Under the pieces are notes generated by a model that saw only the letters and a list, made by a program, of their open reading frames with translations, was not told the DNA's origin and searched no databases. Positions 28,424-38,119 of a stretch of 43,910 nt of DNA are shown here, piece by piece. Within the stretch, counting starts at the first letter, position 1, and every line of letters begins with the position of its first letter. The stretch is from an uncultured archaeon (lineage in GTDB: Archaea; Thermoplasmatota; Penumbrarchaeia; JASLWR01): the NCBI GenBank assembly GCA_964342815.1, contig CAYFHS010000037.1:1-43910 (forward strand), in the 5' to 3' direction. The translations under genes were made by a program, and so were the position numbers.

Positions 28424-28807
28424 ATGAATATTTTGACTGTAGAACATCTCAGCAGAGCGATAATCAGCAGTATGGGCGAATACAATATGTCCAAAGATGA
28501 AGCGGAGGACATGGCCCAGCACGTATTGAATTTCTTTGGATACAGCGACAGAATAATAGATAACGTTCTCCAACCCGATGATCGGGACCTGTTCTACATG
28601 ATGGAGGATAACGGGCTCATGGTCACCGCAAGAGAAGAAACCACGCTTTTCGATGGAAGAGATTGGAGGATACATTACTGGCTTTTCAAAAAGGACCGAG
28701 TATTCGAACTTGCCGATCCCAATCGAAAGCGGTCTGAACAGAAGAATGACGACCCGGTTTCAAAACTATACAATTCTATTCCAGAGGATGCGTGGGTGAG
28801 GTTCTAA
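28424..28807 (+). CDS. Small conserved archaeal protein (resembles DUF6015-like Thermoplasmata proteins)
   Basis: SD GGGGA. Pattern VLNFFGYSDRIIDNVL.PDDRDLFYMMEDNGL...REETTL..GRDWRIHYW recalled as a Thermoplasmata family; not verified by search. Confidence 0.7.
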   Translation: MNILTVEHLSRAIISSMGEYNMSKDEAEDMAQHVLNFFGYSDRIIDNVLQPDDRDLFYMMEDNGLMVTAREETTLFDGRDWRIHYWLFKKDRVFELADPNRKRSEQKNDDPVSKLYNSIPEDAWVRF

Positions 28808-28825
28808 GGAATAATTGGTGGATTG

Positions 28826-29932
28826 ATGGACCCTCGAATCCTGGCCAGGTATCCATTTCTTTCTCAGGCCAAGGAATATATAATGCGGGAAGCCCCCCCC
28901 CTTGATAAACTTCTTTTGGATCCTTTGTATTATGAAATAAGAGAAAAAGGTTTCACTCGTGTCCGTACCGCTCTCGAAGAAGGGAGGATTCCTGCCGCGG
29001 TTCTGCTCGACGAAGACGCCATATTGGACGAAATATTATCCTATCCACTAGCACGAATGCTGGTTTCAAGCGTCAATGACTCTTTCCTTGTTGCAAGGTA
29101 TTGTCTTGCCGAAGCGAAATCGGCGTCAACAAACCTGGAGCGGGAAACTCTTGAATTTCAACTCGACATGGCAAGAGATGTCGGAATCGAAGGTGTGTTC
29201 AATCAAAAATATCTACCTCCAGAAATTCACCAAAAAATAGCAGATGCGGATATATCGAAAGAAAGTGAGGTGGTTATAGATTTTATCGATTATTTGAAAT
29301 CCTCGTCATCCTTCAATTCCCCAGAATGGAAGATGGTGAATAGAGAACTGGTCCACGGTTATATTGCTCTTCCCGGGAGGACCTTGATTCGCATTATTGA
29401 GGAAAAGATCCGAAAACGCCTCTTATTGGAATTACCTCTACCCGTCAACCGGACAATAACCGATGCTTTGCATGAGATATCCGCCGAGATCAAGATGAAG
29501 ACCGAAGAGATGAAGGAGAGGTTCAGAGAAGAAGACATGGGTGAATTCTCCACTGAACGGTTTCCACCTTGCATATCTCATCTTGTCTCTCAGATCCAGG
29601 CAAATATCAACCTGTCCCACGAAGCTCGATTCTTCATGGCGTCATTCCTGTTCCACCTGGGTCTCGATATGCCAAAGGTAATAGCGATATTTTCCCAATC
29701 TCCCGATTTCGATGCCTCCCTTGCAGCTTATCAGTTAGAGCACATACGCGGCGACATTTCCGGAACGAAATACACTCCTCCATCATGTGGCACACTGAAG
29801 ACGAACGGTATCTGCTATAAACCCGACGGTCTATGCAGGAAAGAATGGATGACGCATCCTCTGACGTATTACAGGATAAAGGGAAAAAGTGTGGAGACTG
29901 TCGAAAAGAATATAGATACAAAAAAGGAATAG
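28826..29932 (+). CDS. priL: DNA primase large subunit
   Basis: ARYPFL, EILSYPLARMLVS, FPPCI, NLSHEARF, YQLEHIRG, YTPPSCGTLKTNGIC, DGLC, HPLTYY. Confidence 0.95.
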   Translation: MDPRILARYPFLSQAKEYIMREAPPLDKLLLDPLYYEIREKGFTRVRTALEEGRIPAAVLLDEDAILDEILSYPLARMLVSSVNDSFLVARYCLAEAKSASTNLERETLEFQLDMARDVGIEGVFNQKYLPPEIHQKIADADISKESEVVIDFIDYLKSSSSFNSPEWKMVNRELVHGYIALPGRTLIRIIEEKIRKRLLLELPLPVNRTITDALHEISAEIKMKTEEMKERFREEDMGEFSTERFPPCISHLVSQIQANINLSHEARFFMASFLFHLGLDMPKVIAIFSQSPDFDASLAAYQLEHIRGDISGTKYTPPSCGTLKTNGICYKPDGLCRKEWMTHPLTYYRIKGKSVETVEKNIDTKKE

Positions 29933-29944
29933 CGGAAATTCAGA

Positions 29945-30775
29945 TTATTCCCTGAGAGTCAGCTCAGAGCTCCGAACAATATTAAATCCATTTTCTACGA
30001 AAAGTGATTCGAGCTTTCTTCTATCAGCTCCCTTCAATGCCTTTCGGTGCAGATATATCTTTTCGGCTCCGGGTGTGGATGAGATGGCCATTAAAACCGC
30101 CTCGTCGTCAGCTTCCCTAAGCGCCCATCCAGGTATGATATGTCCATATGCCGCATCGAATTTTTTCACGACGTCACTATGCCGGGGACAGTAATGCCCA
30201 CCACCTACACCGACCAAAGTGTCTTTTGATTTTTTAAAGGAAGGGATCTCCATTATTGTTCTTGCCACTGCTGTCCCGGCTTTTTCGTCCCTCCACCCTT
30301 CCTCGTCGCTGCCTATCTCAATGAACATTGTAGGCGTATCAAGATATGGGCCGTGATGGGTCGCCTCGAAAGTTATCATATAATCCAGATTTGCACCATT
30401 AACGAGAAGGCGGTGGTAGGCATGGCTGATCTCGTGGGGCATACTTGTAACCAGGGTTTTGTCTTTTCCACCGTATTTTGCCTTCGAGAAGTTCCCAATA
30501 GAATGGACCGTAAGTGATTGCAGACCTGATTCAGCTTTATGCCGGGAAGCAAAGATGATCCTGTCGAAATCAATTTTCAATTTCGCTCGTATCTCCCCGT
30601 CAAGTTCTTCTGCGTATATGTGGAATTCATCGTTTGTGAGAAGGAACATGTTCCTATACTCGTACACAGGCATCCCCTTGAACCTGCTTTTCTCTATCCA
30701 CGGGACCAGTGAAAGAAGTTTTTCCCTTATATTCATAGAGGCCAGATCTTGGCTCGACGTTACAACCAGATACAT
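29945..30775 (-). CDS. dtdA: Archaeal D-aminoacyl-tRNA deacylase
   Basis: D.ASMNI, FASRHKAESG..SLTVHSIGN, EATHHGP, FIEIGS, VGVGGGHYCPR. Confidence 0.93.
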   Translation of the reverse strand: MYLVVTSSQDLASMNIREKLLSLVPWIEKSRFKGMPVYEYRNMFLLTNDEFHIYAEELDGEIRAKLKIDFDRIIFASRHKAESGLQSLTVHSIGNFSKAKYGGKDKTLVTSMPHEISHAYHRLLVNGANLDYMITFEATHHGPYLDTPTMFIEIGSDEEGWRDEKAGTAVARTIMEIPSFKKSKDTLVGVGGGHYCPRHSDVVKKFDAAYGHIIPGWALREADDEAVLMAISSTPGAEKIYLHRKALKGADRRKLESLFVENGFNIVRSSELTLRE

Positions 30776-30960
30776 ATTCCCCTTCCTATAAAGATTAAAT
30801 TATTCAAGATATCGGAAGAAAAAGAAATTTCCGGAATGCTACTCTTTCCGGATCCATAATTTGCCTTTCTTGCAGTAGAATTGTATAGATGACTCTGTCA
30901 CGATAGCTTCTATTCTATCTGAGAAGTCCTACAAATGTATAAGAAGAAGTATTATGGGTA

Positions 30961-31347
30961 CTAGACAGCACTCTTTATACGTTCCCGGTCTATCTTTATT
31001 CCTCGTGGAGTGACCAGTAATAGATTCCGGTTAACTCCGCACAGATCTCCATTGATGTCATCTATAACTCTGTTGAGCTCGGAGGTGATCCTTTTAAGTT
31101 CCAGTTCATCGCTGGCGAGATGGGTAATATCCAGGAGCATTATATGACCGTGATACATCATACTGGTCAAACCGCGTATATCCTGAAAACTCTTTACCTC
31201 CGCCATCTTTACGGAAGCGATTCTCTCCTCCATGAGACCTCCGCCTTCGTATTTACCAAGGTCGATATATTTTTCCGGAGTCGCACCAAGTTCTATGGGC
31301 TCCACTTCTTCCCCTTCATCTTTCTTGACTCGTTTTAGGAATTTCAT
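30961..31347 (-). CDS. sepF: Cell division protein SepF
   Basis: YIDLG, IMLLDI, LKRITSELNRVIDDINGDL, LLLVTPRGIKIDR: archaeal SepF pattern. Confidence 0.85.
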   Translation of the reverse strand: MKFLKRVKKDEGEEVEPIELGATPEKYIDLGKYEGGGLMEERIASVKMAEVKSFQDIRGLTSMMYHGHIMLLDITHLASDELELKRITSELNRVIDDINGDLCGVNRNLLLVTPRGIKIDRERIKSAV

Positions 31348-31651
31348 TTCAATACCTCATTTCCATCTGGCATTAATCTTCAGTAGGATTTGCACATCCA
31401 TGCCACACAGCCGGAGTGTATCCTTGCCCTCACAAGGTATTTGTAACTTCAACTATAAATATTTTAAAGAGAAATTGCTGTGATGAATAATTCGAATTTC
31501 GACTAAACATGGCTAATAAATGAAAAAATACCCGAAAAAGAAAAAGCAATGTAAACGTTAAGGGCGGTAAATCTTATAGTTCCGGATGGGCGTGAACTGG
31601 GATTCGGAATGAGGATTTGGTATTAAATGATCAAAGGTGATCTAAATTACA

Positions 31652-33205
31652 TTGAATGAAATCGACATTGACGAACTGCCTAGGATATCTGCTTTGAAGG
31701 GTATCCGGTTGGATGAAATTGAAAACACTTCACAGATAGAGCTTCCAGGGGATCCCCTAAAGAGGGTCATCGGTCAGGATGAGGCGGTGGAACTTGCTCG
31801 GATAGCCGCAAGACAAAAAAGACATCTCTTTCTCGTGGGACCTCCTGGCACTGGGAAATCCATGATCGCCCAGGCCTTGTCGCTTCATCTTCCGCGGCCT
31901 ACTGAAGAGGTCTGTATAGTACACAACCCGGAAAATCCCGAAAGACCAATGGTTGAGGTGAAGGGAAAGAATGAAGTAGAAGAGATCCGCGAGCAGAAGA
32001 GTCGAGCTCAGGGTAAGCTGGTCTCTGCCGTGGAGGTTCCCCCCGAGATCGCTGAAAAGCTGGGATTTAGGTGCAAATACTGCAAGACATATTCACCCCC
32101 GGATGTCCCGATATGCCCACGTCCCGGCTGCGGAAAGCAGAAGACGGATCGTGATAGGGGGAGCGATGGACGATTCATATCATTCGGTAATATAAAAATG
32201 GCTTTCAATCCCATGAAGTCTGACCGCCAGAACCGAGTTACAACTACGAGGAAGAAAGAGGGAGGCGAGGAGGTTGTCATATACGAAAGAGAGGGGGATG
32301 GAATAAGAGAGCTGGATCAAAAAGCCCTGGAGAAGCGAAAAGAGCTTAAAAGGGAATCCCCGAAAAAGACCCTGCTTCCACTTAACCGAAACCCATTCGT
32401 TCTCGCCACAGGCGCCTCTGAAACAGAATTTCTCGGGGACGTTAGGCACGATCCCTACGGAGGTCATCGGGGATTGGGCACTCCACCGTACGAGCGTGTG
32501 GTCGCTGGTTCTGTTCATGAAGCACATGAGGGTGTTCTTTTTGTGGATGAACTGCCGCACATGGGCTCGCTGCAGAGACATATACTCACGGCGATGCAGG
32601 AAAAGATATTTCCCATAACCGGGAGAAATCCACAGAGCGCCGGTGCCTCTGTTAGAGCAGATGATGTCCCGTGCAATTTCATATTGGTAGGTGCATGCAA
32701 CATACAGGATCTCAGCAGTATTCTTTCACCGCTGCGCTCAAGGATAATTGGGGAGGGTTATGAAGTCCTGGTTGATACTTTCATTGAGGTAGACGACCAT
32801 ACCACCAGCCTGATGATACAGTATATATCTCAAGAGATCGAGATAGACGGCAGGATACCCCATGCTGACAGGAGCGCAGTCCGGGAGATATTGGAGGATT
32901 CAAAAAGAAGGGCCAAGGTCTTCGATGGGAAAGACAAGGCATATACTCTGAGGTTGAGGGAACTCGGCGGTCTGATCCGGACGTCCGGAGATCTGGCAGT
33001 GATGAACGACGATCCATACATAACCGCCGCGCATATTAAGGAGAGCATAAAGCGTGCCCTAACCATCGAGGAACAGATCGAATTGAAATATGGGAGTTAT
33101 TACAAGGCCCTTGGCAGGGATATCACCTCGTCACAGAAGAGCGGTGCATCACCGTACAACTACTGGAACCGGCACCTGCACGACGACAAGAAAGGTTATG
33201 ATTAG
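31652..33205 (+). CDS. LonB-like AAA+ ATPase lacking the protease domain
   Basis: VIGQDEAV, Walker A GPPGTGKS, LGDVRHDPYGG, HEAHEGVLFVDE, PLRSRI.GEGYEV, LRLRELGGL. Ends at 517 aa with no Lon Ser-Lys domain. Confidence 0.85.
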   Translation: MNEIDIDELPRISALKGIRLDEIENTSQIELPGDPLKRVIGQDEAVELARIAARQKRHLFLVGPPGTGKSMIAQALSLHLPRPTEEVCIVHNPENPERPMVEVKGKNEVEEIREQKSRAQGKLVSAVEVPPEIAEKLGFRCKYCKTYSPPDVPICPRPGCGKQKTDRDRGSDGRFISFGNIKMAFNPMKSDRQNRVTTTRKKEGGEEVVIYEREGDGIRELDQKALEKRKELKRESPKKTLLPLNRNPFVLATGASETEFLGDVRHDPYGGHRGLGTPPYERVVAGSVHEAHEGVLFVDELPHMGSLQRHILTAMQEKIFPITGRNPQSAGASVRADDVPCNFILVGACNIQDLSSILSPLRSRIIGEGYEVLVDTFIEVDDHTTSLMIQYISQEIEIDGRIPHADRSAVREILEDSKRRAKVFDGKDKAYTLRLRELGGLIRTSGDLAVMNDDPYITAAHIKESIKRALTIEEQIELKYGSYYKALGRDITSSQKSGASPYNYWNRHLHDDKKGYD

Positions 33206-33286
33206 GACCAGTCATTACAAACCCATTGTGAAAATTACCCTATTGAAAGTCGAGAATCCACATCATATCCAAGATTATATAGATTG

Positions 33287-33958
33287 ATGGGAATGAATAT
33301 CAAGAAGTTGGATATTATGATATTTTCCACCAGACATCCAGTTCTAGGTAAGAAAATTTATGATTCAAGGGATTTAAAAGTCATTATTCTCGGTTGGTCC
33401 CAAATAGTTATTACAAGCTTTTTAGTTTATTTCGCAAGTACGTATTTTAAAGCTTATTGTAATTCATTTTTCTACGCTATTTTATTTCTTCTTACCTTCA
33501 CAGGTAGCCTGGCATTTGCAAGCGGGATTCTCAGATGCACTTATAAATGGCGTTTCATTGTATATGAAAAAGGATTACCTATTTTAACTTTTAATCCGGA
33601 AGGAAACAATTTGGATGGTTCATATTGTATTGAAGGTCCAATTCACCGGTATGTAATACCTTTCAAACGGATAAAAGGGATTTACGTTCATCATGATGGT
33701 GGCCAATCTGGAATTCGATTAGATTTGGGATTCAATGGTAAGAACCGTATTGTTGCCGATTTGAATGTTTATAATTTTCTCGGAAACTATTGTTACAAAA
33801 GAAATATAATAATAATCCAAACTTTAAAAAAAGCCATGGGTGAGCAATGGAAAATAAAATACAAAGAAACAGATCAATTGTGGAAAGGTAAAAAACCTGG
33901 CACACCCAATAATTATCCTGTGTATAAATGGATGAACAATTCGGATATTTATAATTAA
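33287..33958 (+). CDS. Hypothetical membrane protein (2 TM plus possible PH-like domain)
   Basis: 223-aa ORF, two hydrophobic segments followed by FIVYEKG...IPFKRIKGIYV; AT-rich. Confidence 0.6.
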   Translation: MGMNIKKLDIMIFSTRHPVLGKKIYDSRDLKVIILGWSQIVITSFLVYFASTYFKAYCNSFFYAILFLLTFTGSLAFASGILRCTYKWRFIVYEKGLPILTFNPEGNNLDGSYCIEGPIHRYVIPFKRIKGIYVHHDGGQSGIRLDLGFNGKNRIVADLNVYNFLGNYCYKRNIIIIQTLKKAMGEQWKIKYKETDQLWKGKKPGTPNNYPVYKWMNNSDIYN

Positions 33959-34044
33959 TATAATTTTTTACTATGTTTATTAGGTATATTATCATTTTAC
34001 GAATTCGATGCATTAAATATTTTCATTCATCTAAGTTTGATAAT

Positions 34045-34869
34045 TCAAAAGCGTTCCGTTTTCAGATCGTTTGCAAACCAAACTTCTCGCTGTGGGATTG
34101 ACATTTCTATACCGTGATCTTCCATGGTAATTTTAATTTTCCATAAAAGGTCCTTTTTAACATTAAACCACTCGGTCAGCGGGGCCCAGATTTTGGTAAT
34201 TATTATAATCGAATTCTCCCCAATCTCGTCTACATAGACCGTTGGTGTCGGATCCTTTAGAGCAAAGGGATGCTTTTCGATGAGATCATTGATTATCTCC
34301 ATGGCCTTTACAGCATCGTGGTCGTGCCTGATCCTGATGGTATATTCGAATCTTCTGGCAACATTGATGACATAGTTTGTGATGTTAGTATTGAAAACCT
34401 TTTCATTCGGTAATCTGACGTACAACCCGTCATAGGTTCTCACAGCAGTGGTTATTATGCTGATATCCTCAATAACGCCGGAAACATCGCCAATGTTTAC
34501 CGAATCACCTATCTTGACAGTTCTGTCAATCATGAGGAAAATTCCAGAGATCAGGTTGCTGACCGTGCTTTGGCTGGCAAAACCGATCACTAGTGCCACA
34601 ATACCCCCAGCCACCAACAATCCTGCGAGATTCACTCCCAATAAAGGGAGGACCGAAAGGATAACAAGAAAAATAATGACTGTGTGGATAAGTTTTACGA
34701 AGAGCTTGTAATAATCTTTTGATAACCTGTGTTTAAGAGCCCTTTTTAAGTACGATGTAATTATTTTGGATATAAGGAGCGAAACAAGAATTATTATTAC
34801 AGCAAAAATAAGATCCAGAACGGTTACATTCGAGTAAACAACATAATTAAAATCTATTTTAAAGTTCAT
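34045..34869 (-). CDS. mscS: Small-conductance mechanosensitive channel (MscS family)
   Basis: GGIVALVIGFASQSTVSNLISGIFL, VKIGDSV, GVIEDISIITTAVRTYDG..VRLPN, IPQREV. Confidence 0.92.
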   Translation of the reverse strand: MNFKIDFNYVVYSNVTVLDLIFAVIIILVSLLISKIITSYLKRALKHRLSKDYYKLFVKLIHTVIIFLVILSVLPLLGVNLAGLLVAGGIVALVIGFASQSTVSNLISGIFLMIDRTVKIGDSVNIGDVSGVIEDISIITTAVRTYDGLYVRLPNEKVFNTNITNYVINVARRFEYTIRIRHDHDAVKAMEIINDLIEKHPFALKDPTPTVYVDEIGENSIIIITKIWAPLTEWFNVKKDLLWKIKITMEDHGIEMSIPQREVWFANDLKTERF

Positions 34870-35630
34870 AACCCTCCCTCCATGGAAAATTTTGGCGTGA
34901 ATATCGAGACAGTATTGGGTGTGTACAATTCAATGGATTTTTTCATCCCTTTTCTTAAAGGAGTGTCAAAAAAATTAGTCACGGCAAATTTTTCACCCGT
35001 TATCTTAATTGTCCCTTTCATTGACACGCATTTTTCATTGTAGTAGAGAGTCATGCCGCAAGCATTGAAAACCGCTTTTGTCAGCTCAATCCAATCACTA
35101 CTTGAATTGTATATCTGAAGCTCCATGATTCCTTCATATAAATTATTAGTATGGGGTAAGGAAGAAAAAACTTCACTCTTATAATATCTGCATATCACTC
35201 CATTTTGCAGATCACCATATAGAGTATATTTCTGATTTGTTAAAGTTACAATATCAAGTATTTCATGCTCATCCGTTCCTTGAATAAAAATCCCTATTTC
35301 GATGGGGAATTTTAAAAAAATCTTTTTTTTCATTTCAGGTTCTATCATTAGACTATTTTCAAACTCAACAAGATAGTGCGATGTAATTTTCTTGGGCAAA
35401 TTCACAGGTTCGACGGGATTGACCTTTATGCTATCCATCTTCGATAGTATAATCTTATCTACTTTATCACCCCGATAATCCCTTTTGTAGATAAGTTGTC
35501 CTCTGTCTTTTTCAAGAGAAATAGTAAGTTCATCCTCGTTAATTGTGAAAGGAACTGTATATTCATCGAACCTAAACCGTTTTGATCGGTATTGGTTCTT
35601 TTTTCGATATGATTTTTCTTTTTCCTTCAT
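34866..35630 (-). CDS. DUF432-like protein, coupled to the MscS gene
   Basis: NPVEPVNLP, KFPIEIGIF, KYTLYG....G.ICRYYKS; 4-bp overlap with the MscS gene. Confidence 0.8.
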   Translation of the reverse strand: MKEKEKSYRKKNQYRSKRFRFDEYTVPFTINEDELTISLEKDRGQLIYKRDYRGDKVDKIILSKMDSIKVNPVEPVNLPKKITSHYLVEFENSLMIEPEMKKKIFLKFPIEIGIFIQGTDEHEILDIVTLTNQKYTLYGDLQNGVICRYYKSEVFSSLPHTNNLYEGIMELQIYNSSSDWIELTKAVFNACGMTLYYNEKCVSMKGTIKITGEKFAVTNFFDTPLRKGMKKSIELYTPNTVSIFTPKFSMEGGL

Positions 35631-35817
35631 CTCATTCCTCCATAATTATACCCTAAAGGAATTCTTGCAGCCACCTCATGTAACCATGAACATATAATTG
35701 TTTTGTAAGCAGTTGCTATTGTTTATACCCTACACCTTTCAATGGTTTTTACAATAATTTTTTCAATTGGCGTGAATATGGAAAAGGGAGTTAGCCGAGG
35801 GAGAAGGACGTCCGTTA

Positions 35818-36357
35818 TTACCAAATATCTAAAACATAATCGGCCAATTCTTGCGTCTCATTATTAGGTTGCATCCCATTATAATATCTTACTTCCTTTT
35901 CATAACCATCTAAAAAAATTGAAATAAAATAATAACCGGCATCACAGCAACCATCCAAAGTATGATTTGTATAAAAATCCGAATTGACAACTTTGTCAAA
36001 TAATTCATCGGTTACATTTTGGTCGATTTCTTTTTTCATTATATCAATTGGCGGATCATATTCATCCGTGTGGTTAGCATATGATAACAACTTAAGGGCA
36101 GTTTTTTTCTCACCACCAGAAAGCGATTTACTTTTACCACGGGCCCCTTGCGTAATTACCTTATAGGTAGTTGAATTATTCAATACAAATATCCACTGAT
36201 AATCAGGTCCAAAATACCCTTCTTCTGCAACAATAATTAATAAATCGTCCTCAATAACGTTATCATCAATTTCCGAGCCAGTTTCCTTATTTATACATCC
36301 AGTTGTAAGAGAAAAAATGAATAATAATAAAAGCATTGTCGAAGACCACTTTTTCAT
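35818..36357 (-). CDS. Hypothetical lipoprotein
   Basis: MKK + hydrophobic stretch + TTGC lipobox-like motif; contains GCCDAG. Confidence 0.7.
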   Translation of the reverse strand: MKKWSSTMLLLLFIFSLTTGCINKETGSEIDDNVIEDDLLIIVAEEGYFGPDYQWIFVLNNSTTYKVITQGARGKSKSLSGGEKKTALKLLSYANHTDEYDPPIDIMKKEIDQNVTDELFDKVVNSDFYTNHTLDGCCDAGYYFISIFLDGYEKEVRYYNGMQPNNETQELADYVLDIW

Positions 36358-36384
36358 TTTTTATCACCACGATGTTATTTTTCT

Positions 36385-36867
36385 TTAAATTTTCATTTCA
36401 AGTATGATTTCATCCTTTATTTTTATGCCATTATGTCCGATCAAAGGAATTTCAGGTTTCAATTTTCTTGCTTTCTCCATGGCCTCCGGGTAAACTGCTG
36501 CCAAATTAAACCCTCTTTTTTGATAAAAACTAATTGCTATATGATTATCATTAGTGGTGACAAGCCAGAGTTTTTCACACCCGCTGGAACTAGCTTTTGT
36601 CTTGACGTATTCAATTAAAATTGACCCTACACCAATACTCTCTTTTATACTGTCCAAAGAAATAATTTCGCATTTATTATGTTCAATATTAAAAGTAATT
36701 AAACCAATTTTTTCACTATTTTCTTCAGCTATGAACCCTTGAAGTTCATCCCCTTGATGAATTTTCCCGCGTGTTATTATTATCGGTGAGCCCCAATGTT
36801 TCGTCAACCTATCTGAAATCCATCCTTTGTCTTCATCTCGAACTGGTCTAACGATATAATCGACCAT
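36385..36867 (-). CDS. GNAT family N-acetyltransferase
   Basis: EIISLDS...GVGSILIEYV, LWLVTTNDNHIAISFYQKRGF. Confidence 0.92.
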   Translation of the reverse strand: MVDYIVRPVRDEDKGWISDRLTKHWGSPIIITRGKIHQGDELQGFIAEENSEKIGLITFNIEHNKCEIISLDSIKESIGVGSILIEYVKTKASSSGCEKLWLVTTNDNHIAISFYQKRGFNLAAVYPEAMEKARKLKPEIPLIGHNGIKIKDEIILEMKI

Positions 36868-36955
36868 GTTTATTTCTCCGAAATTATTTAGGGTATTAAA
36901 TATAAACCCCTAAATGCAAACTCAGTTTGGATAAGCACGTAATTATCTTCTTCGA

Positions 36956-38119
36956 TTATTTCAACATCTCTTTCCTTTCCCTGTAATAATCTCTATCCGG
37001 TGACAGCATCTCGAATATTTCGCTGTCAAGCAGTGGTTTACCGTGCGCTATCAACTCAGACAGGTTCCTCCCAACACCCGGGCCCAGCATGAAACCCTGT
37101 CCGCACATACCCACCGCCATGTAGAATCCCTCCAACTTACCAGTTGTTCCAAGCACCGGTACGCCGTCCGGTGTCATGGGATAGAGCCCTCTCCATAACC
37201 TTCGCACCAGCAGATTCTTGAATCTCGGTATAAGGTCAGTAAGACGTTTTGCAATTACCGGCATGAACTCCGAGGTGCATCTTCGATCCTCCCCAACCAT
37301 GGGTTTAATGGGTGTATAGCAGAATATTATCTGCCCGGATAAAACTTGACCGAAATAGAAGTTCGCAGTCTTCCCCTCAGCTCCGGGACGAAGATCTACA
37401 ACCAGCGGGTCCAGGAACGGTTTTACAGGCGAAGTGATCCCCGCTTCGTGACTGTCTGGAACCACGGGGACGTCAAGGCCCGCCATACTGCATATATCCG
37501 TCGCCCTTGCGCCCGCTGTATTCACAACTACGTCTGCATGATATTCGCCGCAATCTGTCCTCACACCCTTTACACTGTCTTCTTCTACCATTACCCCCGT
37601 CACGGTTTCGTTATATCTGAATTCGGTTCCCAACCGTTTTGCTTCCGAAGTAAATCCAGCAATTGCAAGGAGAGGACTAACCTGACCGTCATCCGGTGAG
37701 TAGGTTCCTCCAAGGAGATCCCTTGGATTTATCCCAGGGACTTTTTCCTGTATCCTATCTCCATCGACCCAATCGATATTTAGCGAGAATTTCTTTTGGA
37801 TCGGAAGTATCGATTTTAAAATATTTCCCTCGTTTTCGCGGTAGACCGGAAAGCAGTATCCGCCCTTTTTCCAGCCTATGTTGAACCCCGTCCTTTCCTC
37901 CCAGGAAGAAAAAATATCTAGACTCTCCTGACAGATTTTTATTTTTGCAGGGTCCGAATGGGTTGCTCTCACACCACCGATGGCGGCCTTGTTCTGCCCC
38001 TGCCCGGATGATGGAAGCCGGTCCAGACATAATACATTAAATCCTTTTTCTTGAAGGAAGTATGCCGTTGGAACTCCAACACTGCCAGCACCTACTACTA
38101 TGGCATCGTAACCGCTCAT
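36956..38119 (-). CDS. FAD-dependent oxidoreductase, DAO family (proline dehydrogenase / sarcosine oxidase beta-type)
   Basis: VVGAGSVG, AAIGGVR, WRGLYPMTPDG.P, GMCGQGFMLGPGVG. Confidence 0.88.
   Translation of the reverse strand: MSGYDAIVVGAGSVGVPTAYFLQEKGFNVLCLDRLPSSGQGQNKAAIGGVRATHSDPAKIKICQESLDIFSSWEERTGFNIGWKKGGYCFPVYRENEGNILKSILPIQKKFSLNIDWVDGDRIQEKVPGINPRDLLGGTYSPDDGQVSPLLAIAGFTSEAKRLGTEFRYNETVTGVMVEEDSVKGVRTDCGEYHADVVVNTAGARATDICSMAGLDVPVVPDSHEAGITSPVKPFLDPLVVDLRPGAEGKTANFYFGQVLSGQIIFCYTPIKPMVGEDRRCTSEFMPVIAKRLTDLIPRFKNLLVRRLWRGLYPMTPDGVPVLGTTGKLEGFYMAVGMCGQGFMLGPGVGRNLSELIAHGKPLLDSEIFEMLSPDRDYYRERKEMLK

Noticed and set aside
31360-31460. Possible ~32-aa minus-strand ORF upstream of sepF
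   Set aside because: Very short, no SD, no recognisable motif; it overlaps the probable sepF promoter/leader.
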